64,000 nucleotides of DNA from an uncultured PS1 clade bacterium (GCA_943846775.1 OX044368.1:283153-347152); one strand, 5' to 3'. Shown: positions 40,825 through 52,703, counted from the stretch's first letter. Numbers and translations are program-made. Notes: generated from the letters alone by a model not told the origin.

Positions 40825-42093
40825 ATGAGCAAGAAAATCCAGGCCATTCGTGGCATGAACGACCTTCTACCCAAAGACTCTAATCTTTGGACGTTTGTCG
40901 AGCGACATATGAGCGATTTATTTGCCTCTTACGGCTATAAAAATATTCGCACGCCGGTTGTTGAAAAAACTGACACCTTCTGTCGTGCCATTGGTCAAGC
41001 AACAGATATTGTTGAAAAAGAAATGTACTCTTGGAAAGAGTCTAATGGCGACTCTTTAAGTTTACGCCCTGAAGGCACTGCAGGTTGTGTGCGTATGATG
41101 ATTGAACATAATCTACCACGTGAAGGCATTCAAAAAGTCTTTTACCAAGGCGCGATGTTTCGACATGAGCGACCGCAAAAAGGACGCTATCGCCAATTTC
41201 ATCAAGCAGGTCTAGAAGTATTTGGTGCACCAGATGCCAAAGTAGATGCTGAGCTGATGATGATCACGCACAGTCTTTGGCAAAAACTTGGCTTAAAAAA
41301 CATCACGCTTGAAATTAATACCCTTGGCTCTAGTGAAGCCAGAGCGAGCTATCGAGATATTTTAATTGACTACTTTTCCTCTCGTAAAGACCAATTAGAT
41401 GAAGACAGTCTTAGACGCCTTGAAACTAATCCATTAAGAATTCTTGATAGTAAGAACCCAACTATGCAAGATTTAATTAATAACGCGCCCAAACTAATGG
41501 CGCATTTAGATGAAGAATCTGCCCAGCATTTTGAACAATTCAAAGCATATCTAAACGCTTTAAATATTGACTTTGTTATTAATACGCGCTTAGTTCGCGG
41601 GCTTGATTACTACAATCGCAGTGTATTTGAGTGGACCACCACTGATTTGGGTGCTCAAGGTACGATTTGCGCCGGCGGACGCTATGACAGTCTGGTTGAA
41701 AAAATGGGTGGCAAGCCAACGCCTGCTGTTGGACTAGCCATTGGCCTGGAGCGTCTTATTTTGCTATTAGAGGCACAAGAAGTAACTACCCAACAGCAAC
41801 AGCTTGCTATTTATATTATTACCCCAGATAAAGAAGCGCAACTCAAATCGATGCAAATAGCCAGCACGCTTCATCAAGCGCTTGCTAATGTTACTATTTA
41901 CAATGACATAACAATGGGTAGCTTAAAGAGTCAATTCAAAAAAGCCGATAAAGCTGGTGCCGATTTCGCCTTAATATTGGGCGAAGAAGAATTAAATAAT
42001 GACCAAGTTAGCATTAAACCATTAAAATCTCAAGAACAACAATTAACATTAAGTCTTGATGAGGCGATTAAGTATTTTAAGGATCACACATGA
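40825..42093 (+). CDS. hisS: Histidine-tRNA ligase
   Basis: IRGMND.LP, LRPEGTA, ERPQKGRYRQFHQ, LVRGLDYY. Confidence 0.98.
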   Translation: MSKKIQAIRGMNDLLPKDSNLWTFVERHMSDLFASYGYKNIRTPVVEKTDTFCRAIGQATDIVEKEMYSWKESNGDSLSLRPEGTAGCVRMMIEHNLPREGIQKVFYQGAMFRHERPQKGRYRQFHQAGLEVFGAPDAKVDAELMMITHSLWQKLGLKNITLEINTLGSSEARASYRDILIDYFSSRKDQLDEDSLRRLETNPLRILDSKNPTMQDLINNAPKLMAHLDEESAQHFEQFKAYLNALNIDFVINTRLVRGLDYYNRSVFEWTTTDLGAQGTICAGGRYDSLVEKMGGKPTPAVGLAIGLERLILLLEAQEVTTQQQQLAIYIITPDKEAQLKSMQIASTLHQALANVTIYNDITMGSLKSQFKKADKAGADFALILGEEELNNDQVSIKPLKSQEQQLTLSLDEAIKYFKDHT

Positions 42094-42704
42094 AAAATTT
42101 TATTGAAGTAGGAAAAACTGAAGACGAGCAGGCTCAGCAAATCAAAAAATGGTTAAAAGATAATGGCTTGCAAATTGTCGCCGGTATTGCGCTTGGATTA
42201 GGTGGAATTTGGGGATTGGGCGCTTATAAAACTTACCAGCAGCAACAGTCCGTTGAAGCTAGATCCTTATATTTAAATACCGCATCAACAGATAATGTAG
42301 CGGCTTATGAAGCCTTAAGCGCTCAGCATTCTGATAGTGGATATGCACAACAAGCAACTTTGATATTGGCAAAAACCGCTGTTAAAAGTCAAGATTATCA
42401 ATCTGCCTTGCAACATCTATCCACATTGGTTAATGATGATAATCATTTAATTGCTATTATTGCCAATATGAGAATAGCCAGCATACAGCTTGAAATGGGT
42501 AAATATCAAGAAGCAATTGATACACTAGATAGTAAAAACCCTGGCGAGTTTAATGGCCTATATAGCCAACTCAAAGGTGATATCTATGTGGCCAACAATC
42601 AAATTGAAAAAGCCAAAGAACAGTATAAATTAGCTTTGAGTCAAATCTCTAGAGATTCAGAACTGCAAAGCCTAATCAGCATTAAACTCGCTGACCTTAA
42701 CTAA
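42090..42704 (+). CDS. yfgM: YfgM-like TPR membrane protein
   Basis: TE.EQ...IK.W...NG, one TM segment, TPR-like region, GDI......A...Y; follows hisS. Confidence 0.85.
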   Translation: MKNFIEVGKTEDEQAQQIKKWLKDNGLQIVAGIALGLGGIWGLGAYKTYQQQQSVEARSLYLNTASTDNVAAYEALSAQHSDSGYAQQATLILAKTAVKSQDYQSALQHLSTLVNDDNHLIAIIANMRIASIQLEMGKYQEAIDTLDSKNPGEFNGLYSQLKGDIYVANNQIEKAKEQYKLALSQISRDSELQSLISIKLADLN

Positions 42705-42718
42705 TCGCAAAAATCACC

Positions 42719-44125
42719 ATGGGCCTACCTACCATCTCCCTTGTTGGACGCCCGAATGTGGGTAAGTCTACTTTATTTAATCGATTAAGTCACTCTCGCC
42801 AGGCGCTTGTGTCTGACTTTGAAGGTCTAACTCGCGATCGTCAATATGCAGAGGTTTTACTTGATGAAGATAGCAACACCTTTGCAACGATTATTGACAC
42901 AGGTGGTCTGACCAATGAAGACAATGTTGTAGATAGCGGTATCCAAGGACAGGTGTTAAGTGCTCTTGAAGAATCTGACATTATTTATTTTATTGTCAGT
43001 AGTCGAGATGGTGTTATTGGTCTAGATTTAGAAATTGCTTCTCGTCTTAGACGACTAAAAAAAGAAGTTATTCTTGTTTGCAACAAATCTGAAGGTTTGG
43101 ACGAAATTAAAGCAGCTGAATTCTACGAATTAGGCTTAGGCACGCCTAGATTAATATCAGCTGAACACGGCCAAGGCCTAGCCGATTTGATCGAACTAAC
43201 CCTACCTTTGCTACCTAAAAAAGTAGTAGAAGAAAAAGAAGAGGTAGAGGGGATTGCAGTAGCAGTACTAGGCAGGCCGAATGTTGGAAAGTCAACCCTT
43301 ATTAATCGAATTTTAGGCGAAGAGAGAGTTCTAGCCATTGACATGCCCGGCACAACACGTGACAGCATCTACATCCCTTTTGAACGCGAAGATCAAAAAT
43401 ACACACTGATTGATACCGCTGGCATTAGACGTAAACGCTCTACTCACGAAAAAATTGAAATTTTTTCCATTATTAAAGCTATCGATGCACTTGATCGATC
43501 GCACGTGGTGATTCTCGTTTTGGATGCGCGTGAAGGTGTTACCGAGCAAGATGCAACACTCCTTGGTATGATTGCAGATAAGGGTCGAGCACTGCTGATT
43601 GTAATTAACAAGTGGGATGGTTTGGACGAATATCAAAAATCCGAAGTGAAGCGCAAACTAGACGTTAAACTTTCATTTGTTAATTATGCCAGCGTGCACT
43701 ACATTTCAGCATTACATGGCTCAGGTGTTGGTAAATTATTTGCACCGATTATCAAATCTTACAAAAATGCAGGCGCTCAGCATTCCACTTCAACGTTAAA
43801 TAAAATCTTAGAAGCAGCTAATCATGGCCATCAACCGCCACCAGTTAAAGGCAGACGTTTAAAAATTAAATATGTCAATCAAACAGATGTGTTTCCGCCA
43901 ACTCTTACTTTTCATGGCAATCACCTTCAAAACGTTCCAAATGCGTATGATCGCTACTTAAAGAATTTCTTTACTGATGCACTTAAATTAACAAATACAC
44001 CTTTGAGATGCGAATATAAAAGTGGAGAAAACCCTTTTAAAGACAACAAAAATGAGTTAAACGCCAGACAAGTGACTAAAAAGCGCCGCTTAATGAAATT
44101 TATTAAAAAAAGAAAAAAGCGCTAG
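42719..44125 (+). CDS. der: Ribosome biogenesis GTPase Der
   Basis: Two GRPNVGKST G-domains, GLTRDR, GTTRD, KH-like C-terminus. Confidence 0.97.
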   Translation: MGLPTISLVGRPNVGKSTLFNRLSHSRQALVSDFEGLTRDRQYAEVLLDEDSNTFATIIDTGGLTNEDNVVDSGIQGQVLSALEESDIIYFIVSSRDGVIGLDLEIASRLRRLKKEVILVCNKSEGLDEIKAAEFYELGLGTPRLISAEHGQGLADLIELTLPLLPKKVVEEKEEVEGIAVAVLGRPNVGKSTLINRILGEERVLAIDMPGTTRDSIYIPFEREDQKYTLIDTAGIRRKRSTHEKIEIFSIIKAIDALDRSHVVILVLDAREGVTEQDATLLGMIADKGRALLIVINKWDGLDEYQKSEVKRKLDVKLSFVNYASVHYISALHGSGVGKLFAPIIKSYKNAGAQHSTSTLNKILEAANHGHQPPPVKGRRLKIKYVNQTDVFPPTLTFHGNHLQNVPNAYDRYLKNFFTDALKLTNTPLRCEYKSGENPFKDNKNELNARQVTKKRRLMKFIKKRKKR

Positions 44126-44451
44126 TTAAAGCTTAATTGAGCATTTTTCTTGTGAAGTGTTGCATTGAATTCACAATAAGAATTCTCAAGCATTATCGCT
44201 TGAGAGGGATCATCACTACAAGCGCAGCCTGATAAAATTTCACAGAAAAACACGCCAATCTTTAAATAGATTGCTTGAGAATCTGCTGAGCTTGTTAAAA
44301 TGGTTACGCCAATTGTATCTTTGTCGATGACACCACTGTGTTGACAGCAATCAAGTAGTGGCAACTCCTCTAAACTTAATTCGCCAAAAGCACGCTTAAA
44401 ATACTCAGAGAAATCTGCACTACCCCAATATTTAAGCGCCTGATCAAACAC
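44122..44451 (-). CDS. Cys-rich hypothetical protein (109 aa)
   Basis: GTG start directly after the pyrG TAG; motifs LPL..CC, G.FF.EI..GC.C.DDP, YCE. Confidence 0.65.
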   Translation of the reverse strand: MFDQALKYWGSADFSEYFKRAFGELSLEELPLLDCCQHSGVIDKDTIGVTILTSSADSQAIYLKIGVFFCEILSGCACSDDPSQAIMLENSYCEFNATLHKKNAQLSFN

Positions 44452-46116
<1,665 letters not shown>

Positions 46117-46172
46117 TTATGATACCCTAACGCGTTATAATAGGGATCAACAAAATACAAAGTAATTGCAAA

Positions 46173-47894
46173 ATGCAGTACAAACAGTTCGTCTCCCGCC
46201 TATTTGTCTATTTAAAACCACACATCGGCAAACTCATATTTACCTCAGTAATGATGATGTTAGCCACCGCCCTAGAAAGCGCCATACCAGAGATCACCGG
46301 ACAAATTGTTGATGAGCTTTTTGCTAGTGAGCGTAATGAGAGTTCAGCTTTCTTGTATGCGCTTGCACTATTTGGCGTTATTGTTTTAAGCTCTATTTTT
46401 GCACTCACTTCAACAGCTGCTAGCTCTTGGGTATCCAACAAAGTCATTATGGATTTAAGGGAAACCATGTTTGCTAAACTACTTAAATTACCCAAATCCT
46501 ATTTTGATCAAAATCCTACTGGGAAAACCCTTTCAAAACTCACTTTTGATGTTGAGCAAATTGCAGCAGCAGCCTCGACTATTTGGCTTGATTTTATCAA
46601 GTCATCAATGACTGTTATTATTCTTATTAGCTACCTATTTTATAAAAACTGGCAGCTGAGTTTAAGTTTAATCATTTTATTGCCTTTGGTGTATTTAGCT
46701 GTTCAGTTATCATCAAAACGTATGCGAAGCGCTAGCACCCAAGTGCAAAAATCTATGGGTAGCATGACTCACCTTTTGGATGAAAATATTTCTGGATCAT
46801 CCTTGGTTAAAATTTATCATGCGCAAGATCAAGAAAGCACTAAATTTAACAATCTCATTAAAAACATTCGTCAACAACGCTTTAAGGTTGATATGACGGG
46901 CGCATTTAACACAGCCTTTGTCAATATATTAATAGGACTATCTTTAGGTAGTGTGGTGTACTTTTCTTCAACCTCATTGCAAATGAGTGCTGGTGAATTC
47001 TTATCTTTTTTTACTGCAATGGGTATGCTGATTAAGCCCGCCAAAAGCTTAGTTAATATTAATAAACCGCTACAAACTGCTATGGCTGCAGGCGAAAGTG
47101 TTTTTGGATTAATTGACGAGCAAGAAGAGCGTAATCAAGGTGTCAAAATCTTATCAAATGCCAAAGGTCATATTCAATTTAACGACGTTTCTTTTAATTA
47201 CCAAAATAACAAAACCGTTCTTAATAAAATCAACTTGAATATTGCCCCAGGTGAAACCGTTGCTTTGGTTGGCTCTACAGGTAGTGGCAAAACCACGATT
47301 ATTCAATTAATTACGCGTTTTTATAGCCCTACTCAAGGTTTTATTAGTATTGATGGCGTGGACATTAGTGAATTTGATATAGACTCTCTACGCTCTCAAA
47401 TTGCTTTTGTTGATCAAAATGTGCGCTTATTTAATGACACAGTTAAAGGTAATATTGCGCTAGGGCAAACTGAAACAATGAGTGATGAAAAAATTAAACA
47501 TGCTGCCAATACCTCTAATGCCTTGCAATTTATTGAACAAATGCAGGCAGGTTTTGACAGTGAAATTGGAGAAGATGGTGGTAAGCTTTCTGGTGGTCAG
47601 CGTCAGCGATTAGCGATTGCAAGAGCGATTGCTAAAGACAGTCCAATCTTAATCTTAGATGAAGCCACTTCAGCGCTTGACTCTGAAACTGAAAAACAAG
47701 TGCAAGCTGCGATTGATGATATGCAAAAAGATCGAACTACGATTATTATTGCTCATAGACTCAGTACCATTCAAAAGGCCGATAGAATTGTTGTTTTGCG
47801 CCAAGGTAATATTGTTGAGCTAGGTTCTCACCAAGAACTTCTAGATCAAAAGGGTGAATACGCCTCGCTTTACAACCACCAATTTAAAAGTTAG
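46173..47894 (+). CDS. msbA: Lipid A-core flippase (ABC exporter)
   Basis: TM domain plus GSTGSGKTT, LSGGQRQRLAIARA, ILDEATSALD. Confidence 0.85.
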   Translation: MQYKQFVSRLFVYLKPHIGKLIFTSVMMMLATALESAIPEITGQIVDELFASERNESSAFLYALALFGVIVLSSIFALTSTAASSWVSNKVIMDLRETMFAKLLKLPKSYFDQNPTGKTLSKLTFDVEQIAAAASTIWLDFIKSSMTVIILISYLFYKNWQLSLSLIILLPLVYLAVQLSSKRMRSASTQVQKSMGSMTHLLDENISGSSLVKIYHAQDQESTKFNNLIKNIRQQRFKVDMTGAFNTAFVNILIGLSLGSVVYFSSTSLQMSAGEFLSFFTAMGMLIKPAKSLVNINKPLQTAMAAGESVFGLIDEQEERNQGVKILSNAKGHIQFNDVSFNYQNNKTVLNKINLNIAPGETVALVGSTGSGKTTIIQLITRFYSPTQGFISIDGVDISEFDIDSLRSQIAFVDQNVRLFNDTVKGNIALGQTETMSDEKIKHAANTSNALQFIEQMQAGFDSEIGEDGGKLSGGQRQRLAIARAIAKDSPILILDEATSALDSETEKQVQAAIDDMQKDRTTIIIAHRLSTIQKADRIVVLRQGNIVELGSHQELLDQKGEYASLYNHQFKS

Positions 47895-47954
47895 CACTTT
47901 ATTTTCTTAGATTGTTAACTAAATCTATTTTTTCAATCCAAAAATTAACAATGC

Positions 47955-49334
47955 CTAGCTTTTGATCACTAGCATCTTATGTTCAAGCATATCTTTCATA
48001 CTATAGCCAATACCACCAATGCCATAACCCGAATGCTTGCGCCCAGCAAATGGCATCCAGTCTACTCTAAAGGTGGTGTAATCATTAATCATGACTGCAG
48101 AAGCCTCTAGCTTTTTAGCAATATCCATAGCTTTGGAGATATCATCACTAAAGACAGCTGCTTGAAACGAAACATCCAAACTATTTGCCTCTGCGATAGC
48201 TTCGTCGATATCTTGGTAGCCATAGACACAAACAACCGGGCCAAAAATCTCCTGAGTGGAGACTTTCGAATGTTTGCTCGGATTAAGTAGTACCGTTGGC
48301 TCATAACTTACCTCATTAATACGCCTGCCACCTGTAACTACTTGCGCACCTTCTGCTAGTGCTTCATTAACCCATGATTCTATTCTATCAGTCTCTTTTG
48401 GTAAGATAAGCGGGCCTAAATCACTCTCCTCATTAATCGCATCGCCAACGATCTGTTTAGCGGCAATATTAGCAATTTTCTGCGCTAGCTCGCTTGCTCG
48501 GTTTTGGGGGACATAAACACGTTGTACCGATACACAAACTTGGCCTGAATGATACATACTTGCCTTAACCACGCCATTAACAAAACCCACCTCATCTGCG
48601 TATTGGTCAAAAATAAGTGGCGCCACACCACCATGCTCTAGTGCGCAGCGCACACCAGGCGCTAGCTTGGATTTAAGGTACCAACCAACTTTGGCAGACC
48701 CAATAAAACTAAAAAAGGCAACGCGCGAATCAGTAACTAATTTTTCAGAATTTTCACGATTAGTGAGTGCCACTTGTACCCAGCCCTCTGGCAAACCAGC
48801 TTCCAAAATAAGCTCTGCTAAACGCAAGGTTGATAGAGGCGTCAGTGCAGCTGGCTTAATAATAACAGGACAACCCGTTGCAACTGCCGGAATAACCTGG
48901 TGAATGGCTAAATTTAACGGATGGTTAAAAGCACTTACTGCTACAACTACACCGATCGGCTCTAAAATTGTAAAAGCCTTGCGCCCACTACCTGCTGCAC
49001 TTAAATCCATTGGGACTTCAAAACCTTGACTATTTTGAATTTCGGCGATTGCAATATGAATGCCGCCTACTGCACGTGTTACTTCCACACGAGCATCTCG
49101 AATTGGCTTGCCACCTTCATTAGCAACCAACCGAGAAAACTGCTCATGCTCATTTGCCACCAAATCAGCAAGCTTTCTTAATATATTGACACGCTCATAA
49201 ACGGGTAAGGCACCTTGTTTGTGCAATAATTGCGCTGTCGCCAACATGTTATCTACCTGCTTGGCATCATGCATTGTTAATTCTTTTAAGATCTCACCTG
49301 TATAGGCCTGCTTTACTTGTAGTAAATTTGACAT
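47955..49334 (-). CDS. NAD(P)-dependent aldehyde dehydrogenase (ALDH21/RL0313-like; candidate succinic semialdehyde dehydrogenase)
   Basis: EPIGVV.AVSAFNHPLNL, IKPA, FIGS, LEHGG (Glu), GQVCVSVQR (Cys), EIFGP, VDWMPF.GR..SG. Confidence 0.85.
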   Translation of the reverse strand: MSNLLQVKQAYTGEILKELTMHDAKQVDNMLATAQLLHKQGALPVYERVNILRKLADLVANEHEQFSRLVANEGGKPIRDARVEVTRAVGGIHIAIAEIQNSQGFEVPMDLSAAGSGRKAFTILEPIGVVVAVSAFNHPLNLAIHQVIPAVATGCPVIIKPAALTPLSTLRLAELILEAGLPEGWVQVALTNRENSEKLVTDSRVAFFSFIGSAKVGWYLKSKLAPGVRCALEHGGVAPLIFDQYADEVGFVNGVVKASMYHSGQVCVSVQRVYVPQNRASELAQKIANIAAKQIVGDAINEESDLGPLILPKETDRIESWVNEALAEGAQVVTGGRRINEVSYEPTVLLNPSKHSKVSTQEIFGPVVCVYGYQDIDEAIAEANSLDVSFQAAVFSDDISKAMDIAKKLEASAVMINDYTTFRVDWMPFAGRKHSGYGIGGIGYSMKDMLEHKMLVIKS

Positions 49335-49341
49335 AATCTTT

Positions 49342-50979
49342 TTAATTATTAAATTGTTTCAAATCATCAATGAGTGTTTTAGTGTTTTGAGAATAATCAA
49401 TAGGCAAATCAATTAAATGTACGCCTCCTTGATTAAACGCTTTTTGCATAGTTGGAATAAGCTCCTCACTAGAAGAAATTAAATGACCATTTGCACCATA
49501 ACTTTTTGCATACATAACAAAATCTGGATTGTTAAAATCGAGTGCAAAATCAGGCAACTCCTGTACTTTTTGCTTCCACTTAATCATGCCATAACCACTA
49601 TCATTAAATATAATTACTATCAAGCTTAATTTTAGCCTTACTGCTGTTTCCAGCTCTTGGGAATTCATCATAAAACCGCCGTCACCACAAACTGCAACTA
49701 CCTGTCTATCTGGATACATTAGTGCACATGCAATGGCTGACGGAAGTCCAGCACCCATTGTTGCTAAGGCATTATCTAATAGTAAAGTATTGGGTTGATA
49801 CGTATGATAATGTCGAGCAAACCAAAGCTTAAACATACCATTGTCTAAAGATACAATTCCATTATCATCGAGCACTTTCCTTACATCAGAAACTGCTCTT
49901 TGCGGTAATACAGGAAAAGACGTATCATCATCTAAAGAATGAATTGCGTGCTTTATTCTTGCGCGGATCGGCTCAACCCATTTTCTATTGCAAGCATAGC
50001 AATTATTTAACGCATCATTAATCCGATCCATAGAATTAGAAATATGACCAACTACTTCAACCTGAGGATAGTAGATATCTTTGATTTGTGCTGAATGAAA
50101 ATTTACATGAATAACTTGCTGCTTATTACCTTTCATTATAAAGGGTGGCTTCTCAATAATATCATGACCTACATTAATAATTAAATCTGCTTTTTTAATA
50201 GCTTCATGAACATAGTCTTTAGATGAAAATGCAGCCGTTCCTAAAAAGTGTGAGTCATCACCACTTAAAACACCTTTACCCATCTGAGTATTAAAAAACA
50301 TAATGCCTGTTTTATTAACAAAATCAGATAAAGGTTTTCTAATGCGCTTACGATTGGCTCCAGCACCCACTAACAACAAAGGCCTTTTAGCCACTTTAAT
50401 AATATTAACTGCTTTTTCAATAGCGCGATCGCTGGCAAACACTCGATGGATGGTTTGCCTAGGAAAAACTCTTTCGTCTTCAACTTCCTCTCTAGCAATA
50501 TCTTCTGGTAATTCTAGATGAACAGCGCCTGGTCGCTCTTCTTCAGCAATACGAAATGCTCCACGAACTAATGAAGGGATTTGCCTCCCATAAACAATTT
50601 GATCAGAGTCTTTAACCAAAGGCTCCATCATTCTAATAATATCTAAAATCTGAAACTTTCCTTGCAAGCCCGCTTTGATAGGTTTTTGACCTGTAATAAC
50701 CACCATAGGCATACCACCTAATTGCGCATATGCAATTGCTGTAACTAGGTTTGTCGCACCTGGACCTAAGGTTGCTAAACATACGCCAGCTCTTCCTGTT
50801 AACCGACCATAAGTTGCCGCCATAAAAGCCGCAGCTTGTTCATGACGTGTTAAGATAAATTTAATTTTTGAGTTACGCAAAGAATCAAGTAAATCTAAAT
50901 TTTCCTCACCAGGAATGCCAAAAATATACTCTACACCTTCATTTTCTAAAGCTTTTACAAATAGGTCTGATGCCTTCAT
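49342..50979 (-). CDS. ThDP-dependent enzyme, acetolactate-synthase-like (cyanobacterial OgdA-like subfamily)
   Basis: LENEGVEYIFG.PGEENL, RHEQ.AAFMA, TLGPGATN, GDGGFMMNSQE; no ilvH-type small subunit adjacent. Confidence 0.85.
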   Translation of the reverse strand: MKASDLFVKALENEGVEYIFGIPGEENLDLLDSLRNSKIKFILTRHEQAAAFMAATYGRLTGRAGVCLATLGPGATNLVTAIAYAQLGGMPMVVITGQKPIKAGLQGKFQILDIIRMMEPLVKDSDQIVYGRQIPSLVRGAFRIAEEERPGAVHLELPEDIAREEVEDERVFPRQTIHRVFASDRAIEKAVNIIKVAKRPLLLVGAGANRKRIRKPLSDFVNKTGIMFFNTQMGKGVLSGDDSHFLGTAAFSSKDYVHEAIKKADLIINVGHDIIEKPPFIMKGNKQQVIHVNFHSAQIKDIYYPQVEVVGHISNSMDRINDALNNCYACNRKWVEPIRARIKHAIHSLDDDTSFPVLPQRAVSDVRKVLDDNGIVSLDNGMFKLWFARHYHTYQPNTLLLDNALATMGAGLPSAIACALMYPDRQVVAVCGDGGFMMNSQELETAVRLKLSLIVIIFNDSGYGMIKWKQKVQELPDFALDFNNPDFVMYAKSYGANGHLISSSEELIPTMQKAFNQGGVHLIDLPIDYSQNTKTLIDDLKQFNN

Positions 50980-52481
50980 TTATTTTCTCCTTCAACACAT
51001 AACGGACACAACTCAGCCATAGGGATAGACTTGCCATCATTTTGAACAATTCTAACATGTGTTTTATTTAGCATTCGCACTTCTTTAACCCCACATGAAT
51101 GGGCTATAGTTTGCAATGCGATCGAAATTCCTGAAACATATTCAGCTACTTTATCTGCTTTATTAATAGGATTAAGCCCTTTTTGTAACCTTTTGTTATG
51201 GGTAGTAATACCAGTTGGACAGGTGTTTTTATTACACTTTAACGATTGGATACAGCCAATAGCAAACATAAAGCCACGCGCTGAGGTAACAAAATCAGCG
51301 CCAGCACAAACAGCCCAAGCTACATCTGCTGGTGTAATTAACTTACCAGAAGCTATGACCTTTATTCTATCTTTTAGGCCATTCTGAATAATCTTGTCTA
51401 CAACAATTGGCAAAGCTTCTTTTAGGGGCAAACCGACATTATCCATTAACTCCATTGGAGCAGCGCCAGTGCCGCCATCCCCACCATCAATTGCAATAAA
51501 ATCTGGGGCAAAATCTCTTCCTCTGCCATTAACCTCTTTAAGTAAAGTAGTTAGCCAGGTCACATCCCCAATAACAGTTTTAAAGCCTACAGGTTTTTTT
51601 GTAATTAACTTAACATGATTAATTAAATCTAATAATTCACCAATATTAGAAACCTCAAGGTGACGATTAGGGGAGATTGAATCCAATCCTTTAGGAATAC
51701 CTCTAATGCTTGCTATTTCAGCTGTTACTTTAACCCCAGGTAAAATTCCGCCTTTTCCAGGTTTTGCACCTTGAGAAATTTTTATTTCAAACATCTTCAC
51801 TTGCTGATGAGAAGCTACCTTAGCAAGTTTTTCATCATTTAAACTACCATCGGCATTTCTAACGCCATATTTAGCAGTTCCAATTTGAAAGACTAAATCT
51901 GCACCTCCTTCAAGGTGGTAAGGGCTTAATCCACCCTCACCAGTATTCATCCAACAACCTGATTGTCTTGCGCCATTAGATAGAGCTAAAACAGCTGGCT
52001 TAGATATAGCGCCATAACTCATGCCCGAAATATTAAAAATTGATCTTGCTGTATAAGGATTGTCACTATAACCCTTGCCAATTATCACGGATTCGGTTTG
52101 TACGCCATCTGAATCTAAGGTTGGAAATGGACAATTGATAAATATTGGCGTTCCAGGTGAACTTATATTTTTAGTAGAGCCAAATGCAATCGTGTTATCT
52201 CTTCCTTTAGAAGCTCTATCTACCCACTCTCTTTCTGCTCGATTAAAAGGCATTTCTTCACGATCCATCGCAAAGAAATATTGACGAAAAAAACTTCCTA
52301 AATTACTAAAAAGGTAACGAAAATGTCCGACAACTGGGTAGTTTTTTAAGAGGGCATTTTTACTTTGGCTAATATCATAGATAAAAGTTACTAAAATTGT
52401 CGCGAAAATCAATCCTAACAACCAAATAAACAAGATTGGCATTAAATTTAAAACAGTATTAAATGTTTCAGTCTGCTGCAT
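50976..52481 (-). CDS. FMN-binding glutamate synthase family protein with N-terminal TM segment
   Basis: ISGMSYGAIS, NTGEGG, KISQGAKPGKGG.LPG, DGGDGGTGAAP, C-x5-C-x4-C (CIQSLKCNKNTC); GGAGGG RBS. Confidence 0.88.
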   Translation of the reverse strand: MQQTETFNTVLNLMPILFIWLLGLIFATILVTFIYDISQSKNALLKNYPVVGHFRYLFSNLGSFFRQYFFAMDREEMPFNRAEREWVDRASKGRDNTIAFGSTKNISSPGTPIFINCPFPTLDSDGVQTESVIIGKGYSDNPYTARSIFNISGMSYGAISKPAVLALSNGARQSGCWMNTGEGGLSPYHLEGGADLVFQIGTAKYGVRNADGSLNDEKLAKVASHQQVKMFEIKISQGAKPGKGGILPGVKVTAEIASIRGIPKGLDSISPNRHLEVSNIGELLDLINHVKLITKKPVGFKTVIGDVTWLTTLLKEVNGRGRDFAPDFIAIDGGDGGTGAAPMELMDNVGLPLKEALPIVVDKIIQNGLKDRIKVIASGKLITPADVAWAVCAGADFVTSARGFMFAIGCIQSLKCNKNTCPTGITTHNKRLQKGLNPINKADKVAEYVSGISIALQTIAHSCGVKEVRMLNKTHVRIVQNDGKSIPMAELCPLCVEGENK

Positions 52482-52703
52482 TATCCCTCCAAGTTTTTGA
52501 TAGCTATCTTACGCCTAATTGGGATAATTTCAACCGTTAATATGCGCAAATTTTTACTATGCGTTTTCAAGTCAAAATAAAACACAATTCGAGAACAATA
52601 AAAAATTTGAAATGAATGGAATTATTTGACTGATTTTATCTTGAAGTCAATCAATTTTACGATTACTAAAAAAATATCAGAAGTAGCCAGTATTAATAAA
52701 AAA

